The notes: generated by a model from the letters alone, not told the origin. Shown: positions 29,275-40,140, counted from the first letter of the stretch. The stretch: 64,000 nucleotides of DNA from Candidatus Bathyarchaeota archaeon (GCA_963826715.1 CAWGYA010000008.1:672001-736000); one strand, 5' to 3'. A program made the numbers and translations.

Positions 29275-30288
29275 ATGGGACATCGTAAACATCATGCTCC
29301 AAAACATGGTTCACTAGCTTATTTACCTAGGAAACGCGCTAAGAGTCCAGTAGCACGTATACGCTATTGGCCAAAAATTAATGCGGATTCTCCTAGATTA
29401 TTAGGATTCTCAGCCTACAAGGCAGGCATGACCTACATTTTTACAATCGAAGACCGGAAACGTTCACCGAACTTCGGTAAAGAAGTTATGCGTGCAGCAA
29501 CAGTTTTAGAAACACCGCCTATCCTTGTATGTGGCATACGAACTTATGGTAAAACACCTTATGGACTGCAAAACCTCACTGAAGCTTGGATGAAGGAACC
29601 TCCAGCCAGCCTTGATCGTCTATTGGTTTTGCCTGAAAACTTTGAGACAGAGGTAATGTTAGATAAAATACAGCAGCGCCTAGAACAAACCGATATAGTT
29701 CGAGTAATCACAGCCACCCAACCCAGTCAAACAAGTCTTTCTAAGAAGAAACCAGAAACTTGCGAAATCCAAATCGGTGGCGGAACTATCGAGCAACAAT
29801 TCGAGTATGCTAAACAACTGCTCGGGAAAACCGTTACGCCCGAAGAAGTTTTCAAAGATGGGCAATATATCGACATTGCCGGTGTAACCGTGGGTAAAGG
29901 CTACCAAGGTCCCGTTAAACGTTGGGGAGTAACATGTCTGCAGCACAAAGGCAGAAAAACTAAACGTGGAATAGCTACCTTGGGTCCATGGAATCCCCAC
30001 CATCTTATGTACAGCATACCTCGTGCGGGTCAAATGGGATATCATCAACGTATCGAATTTAACAAACGTATCCTCAAAATTGGTAAGGATGGCAAAGAAG
30101 TCACCGTTAAAGGTGGATATGTTCGCTACGGCGAAGTCAACGGACCCTACATGGTACTTGAAGGTAGCATCCCTGGAACAGAAAAGCGTCAAATCCGCCT
30201 CCGGGTACCAGCGCGTCCACCAACAGAAGTTCCTGATGTTCCACCACAAGTAACATATATTTCACTGGAGTCTCCACAAGGGAAATAG
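29275..30288 (+). CDS. rpl3: 50S ribosomal protein L3 (uL3)
   Basis: HGSLAYLPRKRA, YKAGMT, GKGYQGPVKRWG and GQMGYHQR. Confidence 0.98.
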   Translation: MGHRKHHAPKHGSLAYLPRKRAKSPVARIRYWPKINADSPRLLGFSAYKAGMTYIFTIEDRKRSPNFGKEVMRAATVLETPPILVCGIRTYGKTPYGLQNLTEAWMKEPPASLDRLLVLPENFETEVMLDKIQQRLEQTDIVRVITATQPSQTSLSKKKPETCEIQIGGGTIEQQFEYAKQLLGKTVTPEEVFKDGQYIDIAGVTVGKGYQGPVKRWGVTCLQHKGRKTKRGIATLGPWNPHHLMYSIPRAGQMGYHQRIEFNKRILKIGKDGKEVTVKGGYVRYGEVNGPYMVLEGSIPGTEKRQIRLRVPARPPTEVPDVPPQVTYISLESPQGK

Positions 30289-30299
30289 GTTGAATAGTC

Positions 30300-31085
30300 A
30301 TGGCACAGAAAACCGCAGAAATCTTTGACTTACAAGGAAAGTCCACTGGGAAAATCAATCTCCCAGCTGTTTTCTCAACACCGCTAAGACCGGATGTAAT
30401 TAAACGTGCAGTCTTAGCCATACAATCAAACCGTCTTCAGCCTCAGGGCAGAGACCCAATGGCAGGCAAAAAAACCACTGCTGAATCACGTGGCACAGGC
30501 AGTGGTATCTCAAGAGTTCCGAGAATGAAAAGCGGAGCCGGTAGAGCTGCGTTTGCTCCCAGCACCGTCAAAGGCAGACAACCTCATCCACCTCGTGCAG
30601 AAAAAATTATAGTTAAAAACATTCCTAAAAAGGAAGCTAAACTCGCCTTGATATCCGCTATTGCAGCAACAGCAGAAAAAGATGTTGTTGTAGCACGAGG
30701 ACATAAAATCGAAAATGTTATCGCAATACCTTTGGTTATAGATAACGCCTTTGAAAATTTAACAAAGGTCAAAGAAGTTGAAGCTGTCTTTACAAGCCTC
30801 GGGTTCGCCGCAGAGCTCACACGAGTTAGAGATAGTCGTAAGATTCGCGCAGGAAAAGGTAAACATCGCGGCAGAAAAATGAAGCAGGCTGTAGGTCCGC
30901 TTATCGTGGTTGTTGAAGGTAAGAGTCTCTCGAAAGCAGCAAGTAATATTCCAGGTGTTGAAGTCTCCACTGTTGTTAATCTAAACACTGAAATGCTAGC
31001 GCCTGGTACTCATCCTGGCAGGTTAACGGTTTGGAGCAGCGGTGCCATTGAAAAATTATCATCTCTTTACGGAGAAACCCAATAA
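30300..31085 (+). CDS. rpl4: 50S ribosomal protein L4 (uL4)
   Basis: RPDVIKRAV, TTAESRGTGSG and LAPGTHPGRLTVW. Confidence 0.98.
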   Translation: MAQKTAEIFDLQGKSTGKINLPAVFSTPLRPDVIKRAVLAIQSNRLQPQGRDPMAGKKTTAESRGTGSGISRVPRMKSGAGRAAFAPSTVKGRQPHPPRAEKIIVKNIPKKEAKLALISAIAATAEKDVVVARGHKIENVIAIPLVIDNAFENLTKVKEVEAVFTSLGFAAELTRVRDSRKIRAGKGKHRGRKMKQAVGPLIVVVEGKSLSKAASNIPGVEVSTVVNLNTEMLAPGTHPGRLTVWSSGAIEKLSSLYGETQ

Positions 31086-31345
31086 TGAAAATTGAAGAAA
31101 TAATCTTTTATCCTTTGATGACTGAATCAGCTAGCTTAATGGTAGAAAAAGACAACAAACTGATCTTCATCGTCAACTTCAAAGCAGGCAAAGCCGACAT
31201 TAAACGCGCCGTCGAAACCATGTATGAAGTGAAGGTTAAACGGGTAACTTTGCTTGTAACTCCACAGGGTCAAAAGAAAGCTTTTGTGAAGTTAATGCCA
31301 GAATTTCGAGCATCAGATGTTGCAATTAAACTTGGAATCCTCTAA
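31085..31345 (+). CDS. rpl23: 50S ribosomal protein L23 (uL23)
   Basis: YPLMTESA, NKLIFIV and KKAFVKL. Confidence 0.96.
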   Translation: MKIEEIIFYPLMTESASLMVEKDNKLIFIVNFKAGKADIKRAVETMYEVKVKRVTLLVTPQGQKKAFVKLMPEFRASDVAIKLGIL

Positions 31346-31363
31346 TAATTGAAGGCTTGACTT

Positions 31364-32107
31364 ATGGGAAAACGTATCCGTGTTCAAAGAAGAGGGCGTG
31401 GCGGACAAAACTTCCGCGCTTCGACTCATAAACGTGTAGCTCCAGCAAAATATCCAGCTATTGCTCCGAAAGAATCTTTCGAAGCTGAACTTCTCGGTAC
31501 AATAGTAGATTTAGTTCACGACCCAGGTCGCGGTTCTCCCCTGACCCTTATCGAATTCGAAGATGGCTCATCAGTTTATAACATCACCCCTGAAAGCGTC
31601 TTTGTAGGGCAAGAAATCGTATACGGCGGAAAAGCTCCCGCTGAAATCGGTAATATCTTGCCTTTGGGTAAGATGCCTGAAGGAACATTGGTCTGCGACC
31701 TTGAACTTCGCCCTGGTGACGGAGGAAAAATGGCTCGCAGCTCAGGTGCTTATGCAACCGTAGTAGGTCACACTCCACAGGGCACCATGATTCGGCTACC
31801 TTCTGGTAGAACTCGCTACGTTAACGATTACTGCTTAGCCACTGTCGGAGTAATTGCCGCTGCTGGACGAATTGAGAAACCTTTCTTGAAAGCAGGTGAG
31901 AAATATCATCAGATGAAGGCGAAAGGTCACAAGTACCCAAGAACAAGCGGCAGAAAAATGGTTCCCGCAGTTCACCCCTATGGCAGTAGCAAACGAAGTG
32001 CGCGTAGATGCACAACAACTTCACATGGTGCTCCTCCAGGACAAAAAGTCGGTTTAATTGCAGCCCGAGGTCCAGGTCAGAAGAAGAAACGTGCAATTCG
32101 AGGATAA
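31364..32107 (+). CDS. rpl2: 50S ribosomal protein L2 (uL2)
   Basis: MGKRIRVQRRG, HDPGRG, RLPSG and PPGQKVGLIAAR. Confidence 0.97.
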   Translation: MGKRIRVQRRGRGGQNFRASTHKRVAPAKYPAIAPKESFEAELLGTIVDLVHDPGRGSPLTLIEFEDGSSVYNITPESVFVGQEIVYGGKAPAEIGNILPLGKMPEGTLVCDLELRPGDGGKMARSSGAYATVVGHTPQGTMIRLPSGRTRYVNDYCLATVGVIAAAGRIEKPFLKAGEKYHQMKAKGHKYPRTSGRKMVPAVHPYGSSKRSARRCTTTSHGAPPGQKVGLIAARGPGQKKKRAIRG

Positions 32108-32147
32108 AACTTTAAAGGTAAAAAAAATAGTTAGGTGTAGATGAAAA

Positions 32148-32552
32148 ATGCCCAAAGAATTTAGCTATCGTGGACACAGCATAGAAACTCTCTCAGCTAT
32201 GTCTATGGATGAATTCATAAATCTGCTTCCGTCACGTCAACGTAGGAGTTTGCAGCGCGGATTAACTGCTGAGCAACGTACACTGCTTGAGAAATTACGC
32301 ACAGCCAAAGAATCACAAAGGCAAAGCAAAGAAGGCGGAATCAAAACACACGTGCGCGACCTTATTATTCTACCCGAAATGGTGGGCGTGAAGATTGGAG
32401 TGCACAACGGCAAAGACTTCGTTGCCATGGAAATTCGGCCTGAAATGATAGGTCACTACCTCGGCGAATTCGCAATAACCAACAAACCAGTTCGCCATGG
32501 GACTCCAGGTATCGGTGCTTCACGGTCATCAATGTATGTGCCTTTAAAATAA
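32148..32552 (+). CDS. rps19: 30S ribosomal protein S19 (uS19)
   Basis: [15 protein letters not shown] and [12 protein letters not shown]. Confidence 0.98.
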   Translation: MPKEFSYRGHSIETLSAMSMDEFINLLPSRQRRSLQRGLTAEQRTLLEKLRTAKESQRQSKEGGIKTHVRDLIILPEMVGVKIGVHNGKDFVAMEIRPEMIGHYLGEFAITNKPVRHGTPGIGASRSSMYVPLK

Positions 32553-32735
32553 GCCTTTACTTTCCTTTTCTTATTTGTCTTGATTATTTTTTGTTCCTTA
32601 AAAACTATTGATTTTTTGTAGGTCCATTCTAACAAACATTTGGAAGCGTTTGCCTAAAAATGAACGGAGTTTTGATGCTCGACAATCCGCTTCCTACTGG
32701 GATGTCGAAAATGTCCTCTCCTGTGAAAATTGCTT

Positions 32736-33230
32736 CTATTGCTTGTCGTATTTTTCGAATTCATCTTTCATGATGGTTAATTCTATTCCAGCCTGCTTAA
32801 ACATTTCAATTGTGTCGGCATCGGCGTGGTAGCGTTTCGCACAAACTACTCTTTTTATGCCTGCATTAATAATCATCATCGCACAGGTACGGCAAGGTGT
32901 CATCTTGCAGAAGAGTGTTGAACCCTCTAATGGAATGCCAAACCTGGCAGCTTGGATAATGGCGTTTTGTTCTGCGTGAAGTGTACGGACGCAGTGCTGG
33001 GTCAATTCACCGTTACTATTGAAAACCTTACGCATATCATGCCCTGCTTCGTCGCAATGAGAGAGTCCTGCAGGTGCACCAACGTAGCCTGTAGTCATGA
33101 TCCGTTTGTCTTTAACGATAACACATCCACTTCTACCTCGGTCACATGTAGCCCTTCTTGCAACGGCTTCACAGAGGTCAAGAAAATACCTGTCCCAGTT
33201 AGGACGATAATTATTGCTGTTAGCTTCCAT
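32736..33230 (-). CDS. dCMP deaminase (ComEB-like)
   Basis: RPNWDRYF, HAEQNAI and PCRTC zinc motifs. Confidence 0.92.
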   Translation of the reverse strand: MEANSNNYRPNWDRYFLDLCEAVARRATCDRGRSGCVIVKDKRIMTTGYVGAPAGLSHCDEAGHDMRKVFNSNGELTQHCVRTLHAEQNAIIQAARFGIPLEGSTLFCKMTPCRTCAMMIINAGIKRVVCAKRYHADADTIEMFKQAGIELTIMKDEFEKYDKQ

Positions 33231-33299
33231 AGAGATCCCTCAATATTTAAGAAACAAAAACCAAACAAATTAATAAATTGTATCTGCGCCTCTCCAAAG

Positions 33300-34592
33300 T
33301 TATTTTTGGAGAATGTGGATTTCTCTTCCAATTTTGTGGCGTTCATCAATTTCAATAAGCGAGGCAGAATTCAATAGTCGCCCAATATCCAATTCCTCAT
33401 TAAACATGTCTTTGGAGAATATAAAGACCCGTTTAAATCCAGATTGCTCTAACTGCTCGTCAATACGCATAGTTACTGCCTCTCCTGATCTAGCGACAAT
33501 GTAGGGTGTAACAAGCACCAGTCGCCCATTACGCCTCAGCGCTAAGTAGGCTTGCTCTATAAACTCGTGGAATAGAGGCTCAAGCTTCTCGATAATTTTT
33601 TCTGCATAGTTTATCGTTGGGAAATCTTTGAGCGCTGGACCTAAATCAGGCTCAGAGACAATACAGTCCATGCTATCTACGCCGACCTTCTGGGTCAGTT
33701 TACCCACATCGCTTTGTAAAACCCTGAAATCAGCGCCTGCTAACCCATACTCTCGGATTAGCCACTCCAAATTTTCCTCTGCAGCCTCAACGCACCAGGT
33801 GTTAATATCTAACCCTACAACTGATGCCCTCTCCAGAAGTGCCTCCTGTAGGATGGTGCCGACGCCGCAGAATGGGTCTAGCAAGACTTTGTCTTTTTTG
33901 CATGCGGAAAGATTAACCATCATCCGTGCGAGTCGCGGCGGCATCCCGAATATTTTTCGTTGATTGGGTTTGTAAATGTCTCTTTTCTGGAACTCAAAAG
34001 GATCATGAACCCCTACTGTAATACCAACCCATGTGGTTTTTTTACCAATGCAAAAAAGTATCTCCGCTTGATTCTCTACCAGTTGTTTTTTGATCACTTC
34101 TACATGGCTAAGTTGAACTTTACGATCCTGAGAGTAACCCATAAAATTTGCTTTTTTACCCAGCTCTGCCATTTTGTCTTTGACAGTACTTCCGATGAAC
34201 CTCTGGATTCGCCCAGCAAAAGGATGGAAGGAATTATCGGTGAAGTAGATGCTGACACCGAAAAGGATTTTCTTTTCCGTTTGCATCATGCCATTTAGTA
34301 AATCGCTGCATGTGAGGGTTTGAGCTATTTGTTTCAGAGCTGCCTTGTTTTTTTGAAGGAAGGCTTCTTTAACTGTTTCTGTGGATAGGGTATTTTTTGG
34401 CTCGCCAATTTTTATTGTTCCTCCTAAATCGTCAATGCTTTGGGTGTTGAAGTCTCGTGGAAGGATTATAGCAAAGAATTCTCGGGAGAAGTATTCGATT
34501 TTGAAGTTGATGTTTCTGCCGCTAAAGTAAGTAACTAATTCTGCTAGCGAGAGGACCCAATTTTTGCCCGAAACAAACAACATTGTAGACAT
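33300..34592 (-). CDS. Trm11/TrmG10-like tRNA methyltransferase
   Basis: MPPRLARMMVNL and SAM motif LLDPFCGVGTIL; motif IV reads EPDLG. Confidence 0.8.
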   Translation of the reverse strand: MSTMLFVSGKNWVLSLAELVTYFSGRNINFKIEYFSREFFAIILPRDFNTQSIDDLGGTIKIGEPKNTLSTETVKEAFLQKNKAALKQIAQTLTCSDLLNGMMQTEKKILFGVSIYFTDNSFHPFAGRIQRFIGSTVKDKMAELGKKANFMGYSQDRKVQLSHVEVIKKQLVENQAEILFCIGKKTTWVGITVGVHDPFEFQKRDIYKPNQRKIFGMPPRLARMMVNLSACKKDKVLLDPFCGVGTILQEALLERASVVGLDINTWCVEAAEENLEWLIREYGLAGADFRVLQSDVGKLTQKVGVDSMDCIVSEPDLGPALKDFPTINYAEKIIEKLEPLFHEFIEQAYLALRRNGRLVLVTPYIVARSGEAVTMRIDEQLEQSGFKRVFIFSKDMFNEELDIGRLLNSASLIEIDERHKIGREIHILQK

Positions 34593-34764
34593 TTGGGGAA
34601 TGAAAAGTGAACTACCTATATATAAGTAGATGAATGAAGTCAGATTGATTAAGAATTTGTTTCAAAAATAGTTAGAACCCTAAAAAGCACGTGAGCATCA
34701 CCGAATTTTTACAAATCGTTTAAATACCGCTGAAGATGAAGGTATGCTACGAAAGTGACGTCGC

Positions 34765-35307
34765 ATGCACGCAAGAAATTACAGACACGTGAAAAACCGG
34801 GCTTACACAAGAAAAGAGTACGCTCGAGGTTTCCCACCACCAAAAATTGTCAAGTTCACAATGGGAGATACTAAAACTCAATTCGATATAGAAGCACAAC
34901 TTATCGCAACTCAGAGAGTGCAAATACGCCACTGCTCGCTGGAAGCAGCACGTGTCGCTACCAACCGTGTCTTGATTGAAAAACTAGTTAACGATTACCT
35001 GATGGTTGTTCATCCATACCCACACATAATTCTTAGGGAAAACAAAATGATTTTCGGCGCTCATGCTGACCGGCTTCAACAAGGTATGAGGCGATCCTTC
35101 GGAACAGCTGTTGGCACAGCAGCCAAAGTTGAAGTGGGGCAGCCAATAATAACTGTTCGCGTAAAAGCGGGTCAAGCTGAAGTAGCCAAAGAATCCCTAA
35201 AGCGAGGCAGCGCAAAACTTCCAATATCCTGCAAGATTGTTATCTCCAAGATTCAAGCTTCTCCAACCCCAGTTGAGAATGCCGCGCCGGAGACGGAGAC
35301 TGCTTGA
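34765..35307 (+). CDS. rpl10e: 50S ribosomal protein L16/L10e (uL16)
   Basis: QIRHCSLEAARV and LRENKMIFGAHADRLQQGMRRSFG. Confidence 0.97.
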   Translation: MHARNYRHVKNRAYTRKEYARGFPPPKIVKFTMGDTKTQFDIEAQLIATQRVQIRHCSLEAARVATNRVLIEKLVNDYLMVVHPYPHIILRENKMIFGAHADRLQQGMRRSFGTAVGTAAKVEVGQPIITVRVKAGQAEVAKESLKRGSAKLPISCKIVISKIQASPTPVENAAPETETA

Positions 35308-37730
35308 ACGCCAAAGACAAAGAGCTTGTTTTATGGTTTGACAATTTAAGAAACACTGACGTATCTATTGTTGGGGGCAAGAATGCCAGCCTCGGCGAAT
35401 TGATTCATGCCGCCCTCCCTGTTCCTTTTGGTTTTGCAGTAACAGCCTATTCTTACGAACGCTTCATTGTCGAGAAAAAAATTGCAGAGCAAATCTACAA
35501 AATTATCACAGAAACCGTAACAGACCTCAATGACCCAAAACAATACGATGTTGCATCCAAAAAAATCCGTGAACTCATCGAAAAAACCTCTATGCCAAAA
35601 GACATCGAGGCAGCCATAAGAAAGGCATATTTCGAACTAAACAAGCGTTTTGGGTTGAAAGACACCTTTGTGGCCGTGCGCTCAAGCGCAACGGCGGAGG
35701 ACCTGCCAGACGCATCCTTTGCGGGTCAGCAGGAAACTTATCTCAATGTTAAAGGCTCAGATGACTTAATCGAGAAAGTTGTCAAGTGTTGGAGCAGCCT
35801 TTTCACACCAAGAGCTATCTTTTATCGTAACGAAAAGGGCTTCCCCCATGAAAAAGTTTTCATCAGCGTTGGCGTGCAAAAGATGGTTAACAGTCGCGCA
35901 GCAGGTGTCATGTTTACAATTAATCCCGTTACGGGTAACCACGACGAAATCGTAATCGAAGGTAACTTCGGTTTAGGAGAAACCGTAGTTTCTGGGGCCG
36001 TGAACCCCGACGATTTCGTGGTGGATAAGGGTTCCATGAAAATTAAGTCGCGCCGCATTGCACGCAAAACTGTCAAGTATGTTCGTGACCTTAAAACCGG
36101 CAAAACAATCCACCTCGACATCCCCGAGGCAGAGCAGAGGCAGGTCTGCATAAGCGATACTGAAATAATGTTTCTTTCAGGTCTAGCTAAACATATAGAA
36201 GCCCACTACAACAAACCGATGGACATTGAGTGGGCAATCGACCAGGATCTCCCTTACCCTGAAAATATGATGCTTGTTCAAGCGCGTCCCGAAACGGTTT
36301 TCGGTAATAAATCACAGGAGACACTGAACATGGAAGAAAACAAAGCTCAAGAATCCCTAAAAGTTGTTGTTCAAGGAATATCCGCGGGTCGTAGAGGCTA
36401 CGGAATAGGTATGGCCAAAGTCGTGCTTAACGCTGACGACGCCACCCGTGACATGGAAAAAGGCGACATTCTAGTTACAGATATGACCGACCCAGACTTT
36501 GTTCCCTTTATGAAGATGGCTTCTGCAATAGTCACTGACAAAGGGGGCATCACGAGTCATGCCGCTATTGTAAGCCGAGAACTTAACATACCCTGTGTAG
36601 TTGGCACCGAAACAGCCACACAAGTAATGAAGACAGGGCAAGAATACACTGTTGACTCCCGAAACGGCGTAATATACGCGGGTATTCTTTCCCAAGCCAC
36701 ACAGCAGCAATCCAACGGCGCCGGAGCCATTGTTACACAGACCGAAGCTGCACCGGTGACAGCCACAAAAATCTACATGAATCTTGGCACCCCAGAAATG
36801 ATTGAAAAATACAAGAACCTGCCCTTTGAAGGCATAGGTTTGATGCGTACAGAATTCATCTTAGCCAGTGCAATCGGCAAGCATCCCATGGCGTTTGTTG
36901 AGGAAGGCAAAAGCCAAGAATTCGTGGATAAACTCGCAGACGGTATATCAACTGTTGCACGTGCAATACAGCCTCGACCTGTGGTAGTTCGCCTCAGTGA
37001 CTTCAAAACCAACGAATATCGCGGCTTAAAAGGCGGCGAAAAATACGAAATAATCGAGGAAAATCCGATGTTAGGCTGGAGAGGCTGCAGCCGATACATT
37101 AGTAAATGGTATGAGAAAGCATTCCGATTGGAATGCCAAGCTATCAAGAAATGTCGTAACGAGTGGAGTCTCAAAAACATTTATGTAATGTTACCCATGG
37201 TCCGGACGCTCTGGGAAGCTAAGGAAGTGCTGCTTATCCTTAAGGAAGAGGGCTTGGAACGTAGCAAGGACTTTAAAATCTGGTTCATGGCGGAAACTCC
37301 CGCCATTGGAATCATGGCAGACGAATTCAGCAAACTCGTTGACGGTTTCAGCATAGGCTCAAATGACATGACGCAGGGTGTCTTAATGATTGACCGCGAT
37401 AGCGAACGCCTAGGTCAAATGGGATACTTTGATGAGCGTGACCCCGCTGTCAAACGTATTATCGCACATCTTATTCGTGCTGCCCACGAAAACGGTTGTA
37501 CAGTTAGCATCTGTGGTGAGGGGCCGTCAAATTTGCCAGATTTCGCTGAGTTCCTGGTACGTGTAGGCATCGACAGCATATCGGTTAACAACGACGCTGT
37601 ATTTGCAACTCGCAAACACATTGCTAGCGTTGAACAAAAAATAATTCTTGAACGCCTCGCAGAGCAAGCTGCTATCGCAGCAGGACGCCCCCTCAAGAAA
37701 CCCGTCCAGGATTGGGAATGGACTCCCTAA
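35304..37730 (+). CDS. ppsA: Phosphoenolpyruvate synthase
   Basis: VGGKNASLGE, RSSATAEDLPDASFAGQQET, phospho-His motif GGITSHAAIVSRE and GFSIGSND. Confidence 0.97.
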   Translation: MNAKDKELVLWFDNLRNTDVSIVGGKNASLGELIHAALPVPFGFAVTAYSYERFIVEKKIAEQIYKIITETVTDLNDPKQYDVASKKIRELIEKTSMPKDIEAAIRKAYFELNKRFGLKDTFVAVRSSATAEDLPDASFAGQQETYLNVKGSDDLIEKVVKCWSSLFTPRAIFYRNEKGFPHEKVFISVGVQKMVNSRAAGVMFTINPVTGNHDEIVIEGNFGLGETVVSGAVNPDDFVVDKGSMKIKSRRIARKTVKYVRDLKTGKTIHLDIPEAEQRQVCISDTEIMFLSGLAKHIEAHYNKPMDIEWAIDQDLPYPENMMLVQARPETVFGNKSQETLNMEENKAQESLKVVVQGISAGRRGYGIGMAKVVLNADDATRDMEKGDILVTDMTDPDFVPFMKMASAIVTDKGGITSHAAIVSRELNIPCVVGTETATQVMKTGQEYTVDSRNGVIYAGILSQATQQQSNGAGAIVTQTEAAPVTATKIYMNLGTPEMIEKYKNLPFEGIGLMRTEFILASAIGKHPMAFVEEGKSQEFVDKLADGISTVARAIQPRPVVVRLSDFKTNEYRGLKGGEKYEIIEENPMLGWRGCSRYISKWYEKAFRLECQAIKKCRNEWSLKNIYVMLPMVRTLWEAKEVLLILKEEGLERSKDFKIWFMAETPAIGIMADEFSKLVDGFSIGSNDMTQGVLMIDRDSERLGQMGYFDERDPAVKRIIAHLIRAAHENGCTVSICGEGPSNLPDFAEFLVRVGIDSISVNNDAVFATRKHIASVEQKIILERLAEQAAIAAGRPLKKPVQDWEWTP

Positions 37731-37759
37731 GCCCCAACTTTTAATCTAACTTTTCTTTT

Positions 37760-38785
37760 TTGATCGTTAGTGAACACAAGATGCTGGGTTTCAATTTTGA
37801 GTTGGAGCGCATAAAAAGGGAAATTGTAAGGCTAAACGCCAAACTGGTGCTCTTACAGATGCCACAGGGACTAAAACCACAGGCTACCCAAATCGCACAG
37901 GCGGTGGAGGCTGCAGACTCAGTCGCCGTAGTTTCATCTGATCCCTGCTACGGAGCCTGCGACCTTGTTCAAAACGAAGCTGAATCGTTGGGCGTAGATT
38001 TGATTGTGCATTTCGGGCATTCTAAAATGATAATGGTAGAAGGCAAAATCCCCACTTTCTACGCGGAAACACACGTATTCGTTTCAGTGGAGCCAGCAAT
38101 TCTTCGAGCTCTCCCGCTGCTGTCAAAGTATTCCCGAATCGGTTTAGCAACATCCGTGCAGCACGTTGACGCGTTGAAGCGGGCAACGGAGGTTCTTGCT
38201 GAAGCAGGTAAAACTGTTTTGGTTGGTCACGAAGGACAGTTGGCATATGCAGGGCAGGTAATAGGCTGCAATTACAGCAACGTTGCCGCTATAGCCGACA
38301 AGGTGGAGGCTTTCCTCTTCATCGGAGGCGGCTTATTCCATGCTCTCGGAATAGCATTGGGTACCTCAAAGCCCACTATCATAGCTGACCCCTATGACAA
38401 CACTGCTTACGCAATTACTGAGCAGGCGCAGCGGCTTCTAAGACAACGGTTCGCAGCCATCCAAGAAGCCAAAGTCGCAAAAACCTTCGGTGTACTCGTG
38501 GGGCTTAAGCCAGGACAGAAACACCTCAAAAGTGCTCTCAAAGTGAAGGTTCAAGCAGAGAAGATTGGGCGGAGGGCATTTCTTTTGGCTGGTAGAGAAA
38601 TCACGCCTGAAGCCCTAATGGAGTTTCCCGATATTGATGCCTATGTAAACACAGCTTGCCCACGGATATCCCTGGATGCACCAAATAAATTTCGAAAGCC
38701 AATCCTTACAATTAACGAGTTTATGGTTGTTTCAGGTGAGGTCTCATGGACAGATATGCTCAAAAAAGGCTTATTCGAAAACTAG
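37760..38785 (+). CDS. dph2: Diphthamide biosynthesis enzyme Dph2
   Basis: DPCYGACD, HFGH, GQVIGC and ACPRI. Confidence 0.95.
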   Translation: MIVSEHKMLGFNFELERIKREIVRLNAKLVLLQMPQGLKPQATQIAQAVEAADSVAVVSSDPCYGACDLVQNEAESLGVDLIVHFGHSKMIMVEGKIPTFYAETHVFVSVEPAILRALPLLSKYSRIGLATSVQHVDALKRATEVLAEAGKTVLVGHEGQLAYAGQVIGCNYSNVAAIADKVEAFLFIGGGLFHALGIALGTSKPTIIADPYDNTAYAITEQAQRLLRQRFAAIQEAKVAKTFGVLVGLKPGQKHLKSALKVKVQAEKIGRRAFLLAGREITPEALMEFPDIDAYVNTACPRISLDAPNKFRKPILTINEFMVVSGEVSWTDMLKKGLFEN

Positions 38786-39447
38786 ACTTAGAACTGTTCC
38801 TTGGAAGTTTGGAGGCTCAGCCAAACCCACAGGCGCAGCTAGAGCAATACACCAGCTCAGAGCAAATCGCCGCTAACATGCTTTATCTTGTCGCTTATAG
38901 CTACGGGGACATCGAAGGGAAGACAATTTTGGATTTAGGCTGCGGTACGGGCAGGTTGGCATTGGGTGCAGCTTACTTGGGTGCAAAAGAGGTTGTGGGT
39001 ATTGACATCGATCATAAAGCGATTAAAACGGCAATAGAAAATGAAATGATGGTAAATTTAGCTAAGAAAGTACAGTGGATTCAAGGCGACATCAGCGCTG
39101 TTTCGGCTAATTTCGATGTGGTGCTACAGAATCCACCTTTTGGGGTTCAAACCCGTACAGCTGACCGCGCCTTTCTTATCAAAGCACTTGAAGTTGGCAA
39201 ACGGATTTACTCACTTCATAGTCATCCTGAAGTTGACCAGCATCTAATTAAACTGCTCAAGTCGAGACAGGGCATTGTATCGGTGCAGCCCAACGCTTTT
39301 CTGGAACGATTCATTGTCAAACACGGCGGCTCTGTGGAAGCAGTTTACGCGTTACTTATGACGATACCCAAGATCTTTGAGTTTCATAGCAAGCCAAAAC
39401 ATGACTTCGTCATTGACCTTTATGCAATTAAAAAACAGCCAAACTAA
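38746..39447 (+). CDS. METTL5-family (COG2263) methyltransferase
   Basis: LEQYT, DLGCGTGRL and QNPPFG. Confidence 0.92.
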   Translation: MDRYAQKRLIRKLDLELFLGSLEAQPNPQAQLEQYTSSEQIAANMLYLVAYSYGDIEGKTILDLGCGTGRLALGAAYLGAKEVVGIDIDHKAIKTAIENEMMVNLAKKVQWIQGDISAVSANFDVVLQNPPFGVQTRTADRAFLIKALEVGKRIYSLHSHPEVDQHLIKLLKSRQGIVSVQPNAFLERFIVKHGGSVEAVYALLMTIPKIFEFHSKPKHDFVIDLYAIKKQPN

Positions 39448-39545
39448 TCCATTATCTTATCAAAAGGTTTATTGCGCAGATTGGAAACTAAGCTTATGCA
39501 CTTATTAAATTAAACTTATAATTTACCTACTGAAGATGAAATAAC

Positions 39546-40127
39546 ATGGCAATGAAAGCTCCTGAAGAAAAAAGTGGTCACTTAGTGTTGCCCGGCGAAC
39601 GGCTCGGCGTTATTGAAGAATTCATTCCTGACTCAGGAACATATGTTAAAGACGGCGTCATCTTCTCCAAAATAGTTGGGCGTTCTCTTGTTGATTTGCA
39701 GAACCGTCGCGTCAGTGTTTATCCCGTAGCTAACACAGCTGTTTATCCAAAGGTTGGGCTGGTGATTATAGGCCAAATTGGCAACGCCCAATCTGACAAT
39801 GTTTTAGTTAAAATCTTTAAAGTAGGAAAAAAGAAAATTAGTGGGAATTTCGGGGGGATCCTTCATGTCTCAGATGTATCAGACAGATATGTCGAAGCCA
39901 TGAGTGATGTATGTAAACCCGGCGACATCATCCGAGCTAAAGTCATCAGCGAAAAAAACCAAATTTTTCACTTATCAACCAACGACAAAAACCTGGGGAT
40001 AATAGATGCGTTCTGTTCTCGAGACGCCGCCCTGCTTATACAGGACAGGTATGACCTGAAATGCCCCAAATGCGGAAATATTGAAAGTCGCAAAATAGCT
40101 CCAGATTACGGTAAAGAACCACTTTAG
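39546..40127 (+). CDS. csl4: Exosome subunit Csl4
   Basis: VLPGERLGVIEEF, S1 domain (PGDIIRAKV) and C-terminal Zn ribbon ending ESRKIA. Confidence 0.95.
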   Translation: MAMKAPEEKSGHLVLPGERLGVIEEFIPDSGTYVKDGVIFSKIVGRSLVDLQNRRVSVYPVANTAVYPKVGLVIIGQIGNAQSDNVLVKIFKVGKKKISGNFGGILHVSDVSDRYVEAMSDVCKPGDIIRAKVISEKNQIFHLSTNDKNLGIIDAFCSRDAALLIQDRYDLKCPKCGNIESRKIAPDYGKEPL

Positions 40128-40140
40128 AGAGGGAAAATAA

